A DNA stretch of 63,628 nucleotides, filler included, from Octopus bimaculoides (lineage: Eukaryota), in assembly GCF_001194135.2 (NCBI RefSeq). It is 7 parts of 7 records of this genome, joined end to end, with 100 filler letters (N's around TTAATTAATTAA, not from the genome) between each part and the next. Parts side by side here need not be neighbours in the genome. Positions count along the whole stretch, not along the records: positions 15,134 to 32,594 come from NC_068992.1; positions 32,695 to 36,804 come from NC_068981.1; 5 more parts are not named here. One strand, 5' to 3'. A model generated the notes under the pieces. The model ran no database searches and was not told the origin of the DNA. It saw only the letters and a program-made list of their open reading frames with translations. This document shows, one piece after another, positions 23,901 to 35,815 of this stretch; position 1 is the stretch's first letter; each line of letters starts with the position of its first letter. The position numbers were made by a program, and so were the translations under genes.

Positions 23901-26214
23901 GCATGTCTAGATATGCAACTATATGCATGGGAATACATGCGTAAAACAAAACATACAAATCTGCACATATACATACATACTTTGTAGATGTTGTTGAAAT
24001 TGCAATGAAGGACCCTTAGATCTAGGTTAGAAACCAGTTCGTTCTTTATTGGTTAGAAATCTTGACATAAAACTGAATAATGACACACAGTCAAGATTTA
24101 TAAGACTTTCCATCTGAGATTCTTAGGTGAATAGATACACACACTTGGGTGTATGCATCGACAGCTTAACCAACACATTAACTCAATCACAGATTTACTA
24201 ACGCTGGGAATACCCTTAATTCAAGAAGTCTTGCCACTTTGTTAGTAACCAGCTTGAACTCTTTCGTGAAGAACACAAGTAAAACTCAAAGAAAAATCAT
24301 ACACATATATGCATATGAGCTTTGTGTGTGATATACATACATACATACATACAGACAGACAGACAGACAGACAGACACACAAATGAAAAAGAGAGGGGGA
24401 GGGTATGGAGAGTTAGAGATAAGAATATGGTGAGAAAAGAATAAAAGACTAAGTGATGAAGGTGAAAGAAATCTTTCCTTGAGTGAAAATTTCAGTTGCT
24501 TTTGTTATAAATAAAATTGCAGGTCGATGACATTGCTGGCAGCTTCTAGCATTCTGTTGATTTCAAATATTCATAAATTTAATAGTAGAATATATATTGA
24601 AAGATTTCTATAGTGTTGTTAAATTTTGTACATCACCTGTGGCTTCTGCATTTATCAGAATAATATGTTAAATAGGAAATATAATAAACAGAGTATGGTC
24701 TGTACGTCAGTCAGTGTGGTCCTGTTGTTTTATTAGCAATTTTTGTCTCTTTCATCATCATCATCATCATCATCGTCGTCCTCGTCATCATCATCATCAT
24801 CACCATCATCGTCGTCTTCATCGTCATTTTTACATCGTTTTTTTTTCCATGCTTGCATGAATTGGAATAGTCTTTACCATTGCAGAGTTAGGCTTCTTGC
24901 TGAAGTCCAGTGTCATTCTCTTTCATTCAGTTCTGTCACTTGAGTTCAGCCTTCACACACCTAGGTGTTAGAAGCTATCTGCTACCTCTCAGATTTGTGT
25001 AAAATAATATAATTCAGTTTATAATAACTATATCAATTTAAAAATTTACCACAACTGTGATGGATGCATTTGAAAATGAAGACGTTTGTTATATTTGTTC
25101 AACATCAAGTTACAGAAACTCTCTAATTATACTTAAAGTAGTAAACCAGTGAATGCCTCATCAGAAACCTCTAGCCAAAAATGTGATTGTTCACCAAATG
25201 TGGTGTCAAATAAGTAAATAAATAAAATTAAAGTTCCAATTCTTAATGAGCTGTTTTCATTCCTTTATATTTTAAATTTCTACTTAAGAAATCTGTTTTG
25301 TTCATTCTGGTAAAGCAAAAGTTTCTGATCAAGATGTGTGAGTTATGAAACCACAGAAAAATAAATACAAACTAAGTTCTTTTTTATTACCAAGAAAATA
25401 AAAAAAATGCATTTCTTTCGTCAACACCTACTATTTATAAGTTTTCCATTCTTTAAAATTTATGCTAAGATGTTGTAATATTATATATTGAAAATGTAAT
25501 TTTTGTAAATCTTTATGTAGCTTTATCAAGTGATTTTAGAATAATTCATATTCTTTTTTCACATGTGTATTCTTGTTGGAAAATAAAAATATTTTTCTTT
25601 TTGCCATAAAGAATTCACAGAGTAAAGAAATTCAAAGGTATAATTTACAGTAATGAAAGAAAAACTGTAAGCTTTATAATTTAGAATGGAGACTATTCCA
25701 AAACTTTACAAACAACTGGGTAGCCATCTTGTTTGGTGATATAACATTGTGTAAACAAAGACTTTAAATGTATAGTAATGTGTGAACTGTCATATTTAAT
25801 GTAGTGAGAGAAAAAAGATTTTAATCATTTGAAATAACTCCTACAATGAAAAAAACAACATCAAAAACATCAGCAGCACTAATGAAAAGTTCAGTCAAGA
25901 CAAGCAAGGGAGAGAACTCTGATACGTAGCCTTATTTAAAAAAATTTTTTTATCTGTCTCAGTCAGTCATCAGACTGCAGCCATGTCCAAGATGCCAGAC
26001 AGTGGGACTGAACCTGCTATCTTCAACTTCTTATTCCAAGACTTTTGGTAAAAAATATTTTTCATTTTGAGTTTGGACTTTATATTTTAAAAAATTTCCA
26101 TGAAAACATAGACTGGACCGCTGTGGTCCCATCAAAAGTGTGTCTTATTTTGTAGACAAAACTAATAAATTTGTATCAAGAAACAAATTCTCAGGTTTTC
26201 TTTAGCGTCTATGA

Positions 26215-26612
26215 ACTTCTATGACATGATTGACCAGATACTATCTGGTGAAAAGAGCCTCAAGAAAATGGCCAATGGCAGTGTTTTTCAAACTGATTGT
26301 ATACAACAGAAGTCAATACTGTTTTGATATATATTGAAAAGCACCTATAATTCAAGCAGAATAATAAACTCCTATCTAGATGCAAATTTCTTAAAATTAT
26401 GGCTGAGGAACTCCTTGGTGATGAAAAGCCTGAAGAAATAATTTCAGTATCCAAAAGAGATTAAAAAAAAGGAAGTTAACTTAAAAGGATCTTGTGGAAT
26501 CTGTCCTTCAGGAAAAAAGAAAAAGTGTAGAATTAGCTGTCAAAAATGTCAGATTCTTCCATTTGAAAGTCAGAGAGATGAAACAGTTTAGTGCATGAAC
26601 TGTGTGAATTGA
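26215..26612 (+). mobile_element. piggyBac transposase C-terminal remnant
   Basis: YDMIDQ...RKWPMAVFFKLI resembles piggyBac RRWPMxxFYxxxD. It is followed by the Cys-rich tail CGICPSGKKKKCRISCQKCQ...CMNC*. Confidence 0.75.
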
Positions 26613-26699
26613 TTTTTTTAATGTTTATTTATACTTTACAATGAAAATTTGGTTTGTTCCAGTGTGGTCACCTTCATTTGTTTATGTAACCTTTCTTTT

Positions 26700-26832
26700 C
26701 CTGTTTTCTAGAGTTATCATGATGTTCCCCCCCATAATATGTGGATTCTCAGGTGTAACTGTAGGTGTAACTGTAGTGGGTATTTGAGTTATCAGCTATT
26801 AAAGTGTGTATACATTTTGTGGGGACACCCTG

Positions 26833-26833
<1 letters not shown>
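26700..26833. mobile_element. Tc1/mariner-type terminal inverted repeat end
   Basis: Ends AAAGTGTGTATACATTTTGTGGGGACACCCTGTA, whose reverse complement is TACAGGGTGTCCCCACAAAATG. No partner end is visible. Confidence 0.5.
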
Positions 26834-26880
<47 letters not shown>

Positions 26881-28488
26881 NNNNNNNNNNNNNNNNNNNN
26901 NNNNNNNNNNNNNNNNNNNNNNNNNNNNNNNNNNNNNNNNNNNNNNNNNNNNNNNNNNNNNNNNNNNNNNNNNNNNNNNNNNNNNNNNNNNNNNNNNNNN
27001 NNNNNNNNNNNNNNNNNNNNNNNNNNNNNNNNNNNNNNNNNNNNNNNNNNNNNNNNNNNNNNNNNNNNNNNNNNNNNNNNNNNNNNNNNNNNNNNNNNNN
27101 NNNNNNNNNNNNNNNNNNNNNNNNNNNNNNNNNNNNNNNNNNNNNNNNNNNNNNNNNNNNNNNNNNNNNNNNNNNNNNNNNNNNNNNNNNNNNNNNNNNN
27201 NNNNNNNNNNNNNNNNNNNNNNNNNNNNNNNNNNNNNNNNNNNNNNNNNNNNNNNNNNNNNNNNNNNNNNNNNNNNNNNNNNNNNNNNNNNNNNNNNNNN
27301 NNNNNNNNNNNNNNNNNNNNNNNNNNNNNNNNNNNNNNNNNNNNNNNNNNNNNNNNNNNNNNNNNNNNNNNNNNNNNNNNNNNNNNNNNNNNNNNNNNNN
27401 NNNNNNNNNNNNTATATATATACATGAGTGTGTGTATCTTCATCTTTGTTGGTTGTCTTTGCTTAAACAGTGTATTTTAATACATAGCTTTTATTCATAG
27501 CTTTTATTCATAAAAAGAAAAAAAACCAATTAATATGTATTTTTCAAAGTAGTTATTCGTTTGCCTTTTTTTAAATCATGTTACCATGACCTTGTCAAAT
27601 GGATGTCATTTCATTCATTATTTTGAAATATTTTGATAGATGATATCAAAAATAATTTTCATGGTTTATTGGAATTTCAAATGCTTTTAATACAGTTCAT
27701 GGTTACAAAGTTAACAAAAAAATAAATAAATGTTTAAAAAATAACATAAAACATTATATCTTCAAGTGAAATAGAAAATAAATGAATACAAAATACTCTA
27801 ATGAAAACATAAATTATTAAAATTCATATGAAGTAATTATTTATGAAATGGAACTTGAAAAAAATGAAAGACTAACAAATTCTAGTAATATTTTGTGATG
27901 AACTTCTTGTTGAAAAATAACTGTTTAAACTGGGGTAATTTATTATGTAATTTGTGAATTTTCTCTATTGAAAATCTTGCTCTTAATTTAATACGTTAGA
28001 GAATTGTTTGAATGACAAGTTTCCAATAAAATATTTCAATATGAATAATTTTTAGTTTAATGGAACCAACATGTCTAGATTGAATTCAAGAACAAATCAA
28101 CTCTTTTTTGTTCCTTACAAAATGAACAGTGATTACCAAATTAATGTGAGGAAGAGAAGAAGAAGAAAGGTGCAAACTTAGTTGTTTGACTTAACAAGAA
28201 ATAGAAACAGAAGCCATATTTCTTTCTAGCCTCATACTCTTACTTTTTTCAATCGATAGAAAGTGGCCATCCCATGGTAGTCCTTAAGATTCGGTCAATC
28301 AAACCACACCTCCAGTACTTATTCTCTCAGTTTCTTTTGCCAATAAGCTATGTTATGGGGATATAGACAAACTAACACCATTTATCAAGCAATAGTGAGG
28401 ATGGAGAAAACAGAAACAAAGACATGCAGACACATAAATTTATACATTTTTATATATATATATATATATGTATGCATATACACATAGA

Positions 28489-28523
<35 letters not shown>

Positions 28524-29623
28524 NNNNNNNNNNNNNNNNNNNNNNNNNNNNNNNNNNNNNNNNNNNNNNNNNNNNNNNNNNNNNNNNNNNNNNNNNNNNN
28601 NNNNNNNNNNNNNNNNNNNNNNNNNNNNNNNNNNNNNNNNNNNNNNNNNNNNNNNNNNNNNNNNNNNNNNNNNNNNNNNNNNNNNNNNNNNNNNNNNNNN
28701 NNNNNNNNNNNNNNNNNNNNNNNNNNNNNNNNNNNNNNNNNNNNNNNNNNNNNNNNNNNNNNNNNNNNNNNNNNNNNNNNNNNNNNNNNNNNNNNNNNNN
28801 NNNNNNNNNNNNNNNNNNNNNNNNNNNNNNNNNNNNNNNNNNNNNNNNNNNNNNNNNNNNNNNNNNNNNNNNNNNNNNNNNNNNNNNNNNNNNNNNNNNN
28901 NNNNNNNNNNNNNNNNNNNNNNNNNNNNNNNNNNNNNNNNNNNNNNNNNNNNNNNNNNNNNNNNNNNNNNNNNNNNNNNNNNNNNNNNNNNNNNNNNNNN
29001 NNNNNNNNNNNNNNNNNNNNNNNNNTTTTAATCCTTTTTTTAAACCTAACACAGCTCTCAATTCTCATGCATCCTTATTTTTCCAACCATTATATACATG
29101 GACTACCATTGAACTTCAAAAGCTCAAAGACAATATAATGTATTGGTATAGTTATTTTTTATATATTATTTTTTTATATATTATTTTCTTCATTTTGTAC
29201 TTCTTTGTAAAAAACATTTTCATTCTCCTTCTTGAAAATTTGCTTTGTAATAAAAGTCGGTTAGAAATCTTTATTAAAACATGCTTCCAATTTGAAATCT
29301 TTATTAAAACATGCTTCCAATTTAGCATTCTGCCTTATTCTTCATTTTCCTATTATTTCTCCACGTGCAGTTAACACAACCCCACTATTTACTGACTTAT
29401 ATATATGTATATATACATTTCGTTTTTGGATTTGGTTTGCAAGATTCTTTATGTGGGTTCGTGTGTTGAGAGCCAAGACTACTGAAAAGGTTGCAAGATG
29501 CAACGAAAATCTTTAGGAAAATAGAAATAAGAAATAAGTGGAAATTTCACTGGTGAGTGTGTTAAATTATAAGGCACGAAAACAAAATGACTCTCCCCAG
29601 ACACAACAGTATATACATATATG

Positions 29624-29656
<33 letters not shown>

Positions 29657-29664
29657 GTATGCAT

Positions 29665-29982
29665 GAGCATGGCTTAGTGGTTTGGGTATTCTTCTCATGA
29701 TTGCAAGTTTGGAAGTTCATTTCATGATAGCACATTGTGTCTTTGAGCAAGACACTTTATTTCACATTGCTCCAGTCCACTCAGCTGGCAAAAATGAACA
29801 GTACCTGTATTTTAAAGGGCCAGCCTTGTTACATTCTGTGTCGTGCTGAATCTCTCTGAAAACTACGTTATGGGTACATGTGTCTGTGGAGTGCTCAGCC
29901 ACTTACACATTAATTTCATGAGCAGGCTGTTCTGTTGATCAGATCAACTGGAACTCTCGTCATCATAAGTGACGGAGTGCCA
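29665..29982 (+). mobile_element. SINE family C: tRNA-type head, TTGAGCAAGACACTTT core, tail shared with family D; CpG-decayed
   Basis: The head matches 57393-57505. The tail 29815-29982 aligns with the reverse complement of 33587-33760. Confidence 0.85.
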
Positions 29983-30034
29983 ATTAGTTACACACACACA
30001 CACACTTACACATACACACATGTGCATGTTTATG

Positions 30035-30290
30035 CTTAGCCCAGCCTGTGGCTCACCAACTTCTGTCAAAACGTCCAACTCCTGCCTGCATGGGAAACAG
30101 ATGTTAAATGACGATGATGATGATGTCTTTCAGTTCTTTCAGCTTCTATCTACCAAATTTACTCACAATGCTTTGGTCAGCCCAAAGTTATAGTAGATTA
30201 CATTTGTCTAAGGTGCCACACAGTGGGACTGAACCCAGAATCATGTAATTGGAAAGCAAGCATCTTACCACACAGCCATGCCTGCACTTA
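30035..30290. mobile_element. RTE-type 3' tail (+, 30035-30125) abutting a SINE family A head (-, 30135-30290)
   Basis: GTCAAAACGTCCAAC...GATGTTAAATGACGATGATGATG is followed by the reverse complement of the family A 5' half. Confidence 0.65.
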
Positions 30291-31592
30291 TATTTAATTT
30301 ATATTTAATTTTCACTTAAAATGAATATTACAAGAATAGATGTAGCAAAAAGTTCATAGAAACTAAATTTAATTTTAAAAGTGTTCATATTCTTCAGGGC
30401 CTTTATCTCAAAGTTCAACAGAATTATATCAATCTATTTTGTCATCTTATATGAAAATGGAGAATCTAGTTAATAGAAAATAACAGATGAACTATCAAAT
30501 AATTACCTTGATGTTGCTTTGCAATTTAATGTGTAGATATATGAACTGTACTGACAACATAAAAGCAAAATAAAGAGAGGGGAAAAAATCTATTGATTAT
30601 TTCATTTCTGGTAATATTTTGAGAGAAATTAAACAGACAAGTTACCCTATCAAAATAGTTTTGTGAAAATATATTTCATTATTCTGTAGCAATTTACTAA
30701 TCATAAGGTCATTTCTCAGTTATTCTACTGTATAAGAAAACAAAAACAAAACCAAATAAAAATTGTATTTTCACTTAATCAACAGATAAACAAATGACTG
30801 AAATAAAATAAAAACTATTCCAGAATGAATGGTAGAAGAAAATTCCTTGATTTTTGTGCTTATTTGTCTACTTGTTTGGTAAATTTTATAATATAAAACA
30901 TACTTAAGATTTATGAGAATCATTTAATTTGTTACTAAGAATAAATTTCACTTAACTTAATTTTTCTCGAGTTATCGTTGTTGATTATATTTAACCCCAG
31001 ATTATCTCTGGTCAACTGTGTGTGTGTGTGTGTGTGCATGTGCTAGTGTGTGTGTGTGTGTGTGTGCATATGCATATGTATGTGTGTGTGAGTGTGTGTG
31101 TGTATCTATGTGTGTGTCTGTGTCTGTGTGTCTGCATGTGTATGTACATAACATTATGTTTGTCTCTCACTGTCTGGCAGCAACCGTTGGTTTCTTTATA
31201 TCCCAATAACTTAGTGGTTCAGCAAAGAGGAGCGACAATATATAACAGACTTCAAAAAAAAAATCCAAGATTGATTTGTTTCACTAAACCCCTTAAGGTA
31301 GGGCCCTAACATAGCCACAGGCTAGTGACTGAGATAAGCAAAAGAAGAATAAAAGAATCAAAGGAATAAATTTACAAAGAAATTTGCTGGCTGCTAATTC
31401 AGTCTATTATAGCAAGGCTACAGCTCCACTGATGAAGTTCAATAAAGCAGAAACATGTGATTAAAGGTATTCAGGTCATGAGAATTTCTGTAAGAGTGTA
31501 GGAGAATGTCAGCCTCCATGATGCATTATATAATTTCTTCATTTAAGACATTAGAATGTGATTTAAGGGAGACTAGATTTATATTTATTGTA

Positions 31593-31808
31593 CGAGAGGG
31601 TGCTGAAAAGTTCCTGGCTTTGGGTAAAAGGAGATACAAAAGGATCAGTTAATTATGATTTTATTGAACATATGCCCCTCTCAGGTTCACACATTTAGTG
31701 CAGCAGTGCTTCAGTTTTTCTAAGGCCCATAAAAGAACACAGAAGGTTGACCTTCAACCAGGCTTTTCATGATACCCTTAAAACCAAGAACTTTTCATCA
31801 CCCCCTTG
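31593..31808. mobile_element. mariner-derived MITE with TA target-site duplication
   Basis: TA|CGAGAGGGTGCTGAAAAGTTCCTGGCTTT ... AAAACCAAGAACTTTTCATCACCCCCTTG|TA gives ~28-bp imperfect TIRs. Confidence 0.85.
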
Positions 31809-32334
31809 TAGTTCAAGAAACCATGTACAAGCCACCTTCAGTGGTTTGATTTGTTAAAAGTTATTTCACATGCACATATAAATCATTGTATATTTTTTAT
31901 GTCTATCTATTTGTTCTGCAAGATTCCTGATGTGGAATCATGTGTTGAAACAGATATTGTTATATATTGAGACAGTCATTTTTCTTGCCAAATAAACACA
32001 CACACCATATATTTGTTCTTCCCTTCAGATTTATTATTGTCCTTATTTTATGTCTTTTGTTTGGAAATCTCTCGTTACACATCCAGTGACTTCCCATCCT
32101 ACACGTCTCCTCCTGGTTAATTTAGTCCATTCTGTCTTTCTAAATCCAAAGTGAAGAATGAATATATATAGCATGTGTTTATTTGGCAAGAAAAATGACC
32201 ATCCCAAAATATAACAACATTGTATATTTGCTGAATTATAAATTCGTCTTGCTATTGTATAAAATAGGCCATAGCTTAAAACAACCTTGCCTGGACTTGT
32301 GCCTTGGAGGGGAACTTTTTAGGTGCAATCCTAT

Positions 32335-32520
32335 GGTCATTCATGGGAGAAGGGGTAGTTGCTAACTTCAACCCCAGTACTCAACTGGTATTCGTTTTAT
32401 TGAGCCCAAAAAGCCTGAAAAGCAAAGCTGACCTCAGTGGAATTTGAACTCAGGATGTAAAGACAGATGAAATGTTGCTAAGAATTTTGCCTGGTGTGCT
32501 AACAGTTCTACCAGCTTGCT
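32335..32520 (-). mobile_element. SINE family B, CpG-decayed
   Basis: GACCTCAGTGGAATTTGAACTCAGGATGTAAAGACAGATGAAATG...TGCCTGGTGTGC. The CpG sites of the intact copies appear here as TG or CA. Confidence 0.85.
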
Positions 32521-32562
32521 TCTCTAGATACACACACACACATCACACGTGTGTATGTGTAA

Positions 32563-32594
<32 letters not shown>

Positions 32595-32694
32595 NNNNNN
32601 NNNNNNNNNNNNNNNNNNNNNNNNNNNNNNNNNNNNNNTTAATTAATTAANNNNNNNNNNNNNNNNNNNNNNNNNNNNNNNNNNNNNNNNNNNN

Positions 32695-32729
<35 letters not shown>

Positions 32730-32959
32730 CACATGTATACATAATATGATATACATGTATATATATATTTATACATATGTGTGTGTGTTTGTACGTATGT
32801 TAGCATGCATGCATGTATTTGTAATAAAACTTTGCACAATAAGTTGACAAAGGAACACTTAGAACACAATATTTATATAAATATGACACTATATAATATA
32901 TATTTAGTTTATCTATCTATCTATCCATCTATCCATCTATCTATCTATCTATCTATCTG

Positions 32960-32996
<37 letters not shown>

Positions 32997-33564
32997 TCAT
33001 CTATCTACTAAATGGTATATAATTATATATGCATTATGTCCCACCGTATGGCAACAATATGATACAGAATATTCATATACACATATATATCATATATTAC
33101 ATAGTACACATTAAAATATATAATATTTAATTTGTAATATACATTTTTGTATATTAGATCTCTCCCTGCCTCTCTTTATATATTATATACATTTAATTCA
33201 ATACATTATACACACACGCACATATATACGCAAGAGTTTGTTGGCAGATCGTTCTTTGATTTCTTTCTATAATCTATTTTATGCTGAGAGAGAGAGCTAG
33301 AGATACATGCATAGTTCGGGAGTTACTGGTGTTGCTGGTAAGAATTAAAATGTCAGAAATTGACAGCTTGTGTAACAGTAGCAATCTGTATCTAATTTTA
33401 TACAACAATTGCATCGTCATCGACATGGTTGTCATAAACGGTCCAGCAAACTTTTCTTTATTTACCATGATGATGTTTATTAGATACATAGAGTTAAGTA
33501 AATTAATTTAGCTTCTGAAAAGGTTGCATTTATAATGCTGAAACAATTGTACTGTTGCGAGGCA

Positions 33565-33893
33565 TTGTTGTTGTTGTTGTTGATGTTGGCACTCCGTCGC
33601 TTACGACGTCGAGGGTTCCAGTTGATCCGATCAACGGAACAGCCTGCTCGTGAAATTAACGTGCAAGTGGCTGAGCACTCCACAGACACGTGTACCCTTA
33701 ACGTAGTTCTCGAGGGATATTCAGCGTGACACAATGTGACAAGTCTGACCCTTTGAATTACAGGCACAACAGAAACAGAAAGAAAGAGTGAGAGAAAGTT
33801 GTGGTGGAAGAGTACAGCAGGGTTCACCACCATCCCCTGCCGGAGCCTCGTGGAGCTTTAGGTGTTTTCGCTCAATAAACACTCACAACGCTC
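33565..33893 (-). mobile_element. SINE family D (core shared with E, tail shared with C), CpG-intact; 5' head lost in the gap
   Basis: (CAA)n tail, and direct alignments to 29815-29982 and 19205-19325. Confidence 0.85.
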
Positions 33894-34782
33894 NNNNNNN
33901 NNNNNNNNNNNNNNNNNNNNNNNNNNNNNNNNNNNNNNNNNNNNNNNNNNNNNNNNNNNNNNNNNNNNNNNNNNNNNNNNNNNNNNNNNNNNNNNNNNNN
34001 NNNNNNNNNNNNNNNNNNNNNNNNNNNNNNNNNNNNNNNNNNNNNNNNNNNNNNNNNNNNNNNNNNNNNNNNNNNNNNNNNNNNNNNNNNNNNNNNNNNN
34101 NNNNNNNNNNNNNNNNNNNNNNNNNNNNNNNNNNNNNNNNNNNNNNNNNNNNNNNNNNNNNNNNNNNNNNNNNNNNNNNNNNNNNNNNNNNNNNNNNNNN
34201 NNNNNNNNNNNNNNNNNNNNNNNNNNNNNNNNNNNNNNNNNNNNNNNNNNNNNNNNNNNNNNNNNNNNNNNNNNNNNNNNNNNNNNNNNNNNNNNNNNNN
34301 NNNNNNNNNNNNNNNNNNNNNNNNNNNNNNNNNNNNNNNNNNNNNNNNNNNNNNNNNNNNNNNNNNNNNNNNNNNNNNNNNNNNNNNNNNNNNNNNNNNN
34401 NNNNNNNNNNNNNNNNNNNNNNNNNNNNNNNNNNNNNNNNNNNNNNNNNNNNNNNNNNNNNNNNNNNNNNNNNNNNNNNNNNNNNNNNNNNNNNNNNNNN
34501 NNNNNNNNNNNNNNNNNNNNNNNNNNNNNNNNNNNNNNNNNNNNNNNNNNNNNNNNNNNNNNNNNNNNNNNNNNNNNNNNNNNNNNNNNNNNNNNNNNNN
34601 NNNNNNNNNNNNNNNNNNNNNNNNNNNNNNNNNNNNNNNNNNNNNNNNNNNNNNNNNNNNNNNNNNNNNNNNNNNNNNNNNNNNNNNNNNNNNNNNNNNN
34701 NNNNNNNNNNNNNNNNNNNNNNNNNNNNNNNNNNNNNNNNNNNNNNNNNNNNNNNNNNNNNNNNNNNNNNNNNNNNNNNNNN

Positions 34783-34835
<53 letters not shown>

Positions 34836-35815
34836 GAGGAGAAACTTCGTAGTCACTCCTCATCTTATAAAACTTTAAAAAAACCCAGGTATTCTACTTA
34901 AAAGAATTGAGTAATCAATAGAATCTATTATTTTTAACATTTAGCATAACATAAAGAGTAACATTACAATATGTGTGTGTGCATGTATGTTGTGTGTGTG
35001 TGTGTGTGTGTGTACAGACACATGGAGGTATATATTTTAGTGTTTGTTCCCACACCGCTTGACAGCAGATGTTGGATCTTTTACGTTCTCGAAAATTAGC
35101 TGATTGAGAATGAGTATAATAGTATTTAATTATCAAACTTAAAATGAGATAAGTGAGATAAATATTTGTTCAACCAAAACCTTTCAAGGCGGTCCTCCAG
35201 CATGGCTGCAGTTCAATGACACACAAATAATANNNNNNNNNNNNNNNNNNNNNNNNNNNNNNNNNNNNNNNNNNNNNNNNNNNNNATATATATATATATA
35301 TATATATATATAACCCAGTGTAAGTACAGTATAGTTGAATTATAGTTCACTTCTTAAACGTGTGGCATCTTGCAATCTAAAATATTTCCTATCACCTCTG
35401 ATAGAAACGTGATTTGCAAGTGAAATCGAGTATTGAAACCGTGCACGATCCTTTCGACTGAGGTTCATAATTACATCCACAATTCAAAGACACATCTTTC
35501 TCACACATTGTGTCACACTAAATACTTATGAGAATTACGTTGACAGTTCCTGTGTCCTGTGGAATGCCCAACTACTTACACATGTAATTCAGAAGCAGAT
35601 AATTCATGTGATCGAACAAGTGAGTCCCCATCGTCGACTCACTTGTTCGAAAAAATAGCCTCGTGTTTTGGGTGATAGACTCGCGATCGTAATGACTTTG
35701 TTTTCATAACTACACTCCACTCGAGTAAAAATCTGTACCAATGTACCACCAATAGTTAAAGGTTAATCTTGTGACTGAAAGGCGTTCTCTTCCAGAAGTC
35801 TTGCACTGTCATATA

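Noticed and set aside
24743-24943. Ser-rich (+) or Asp-rich (-) reading
   Set aside because: A (TCA/TCG)n microsatellite with no supporting splice sites or homology.
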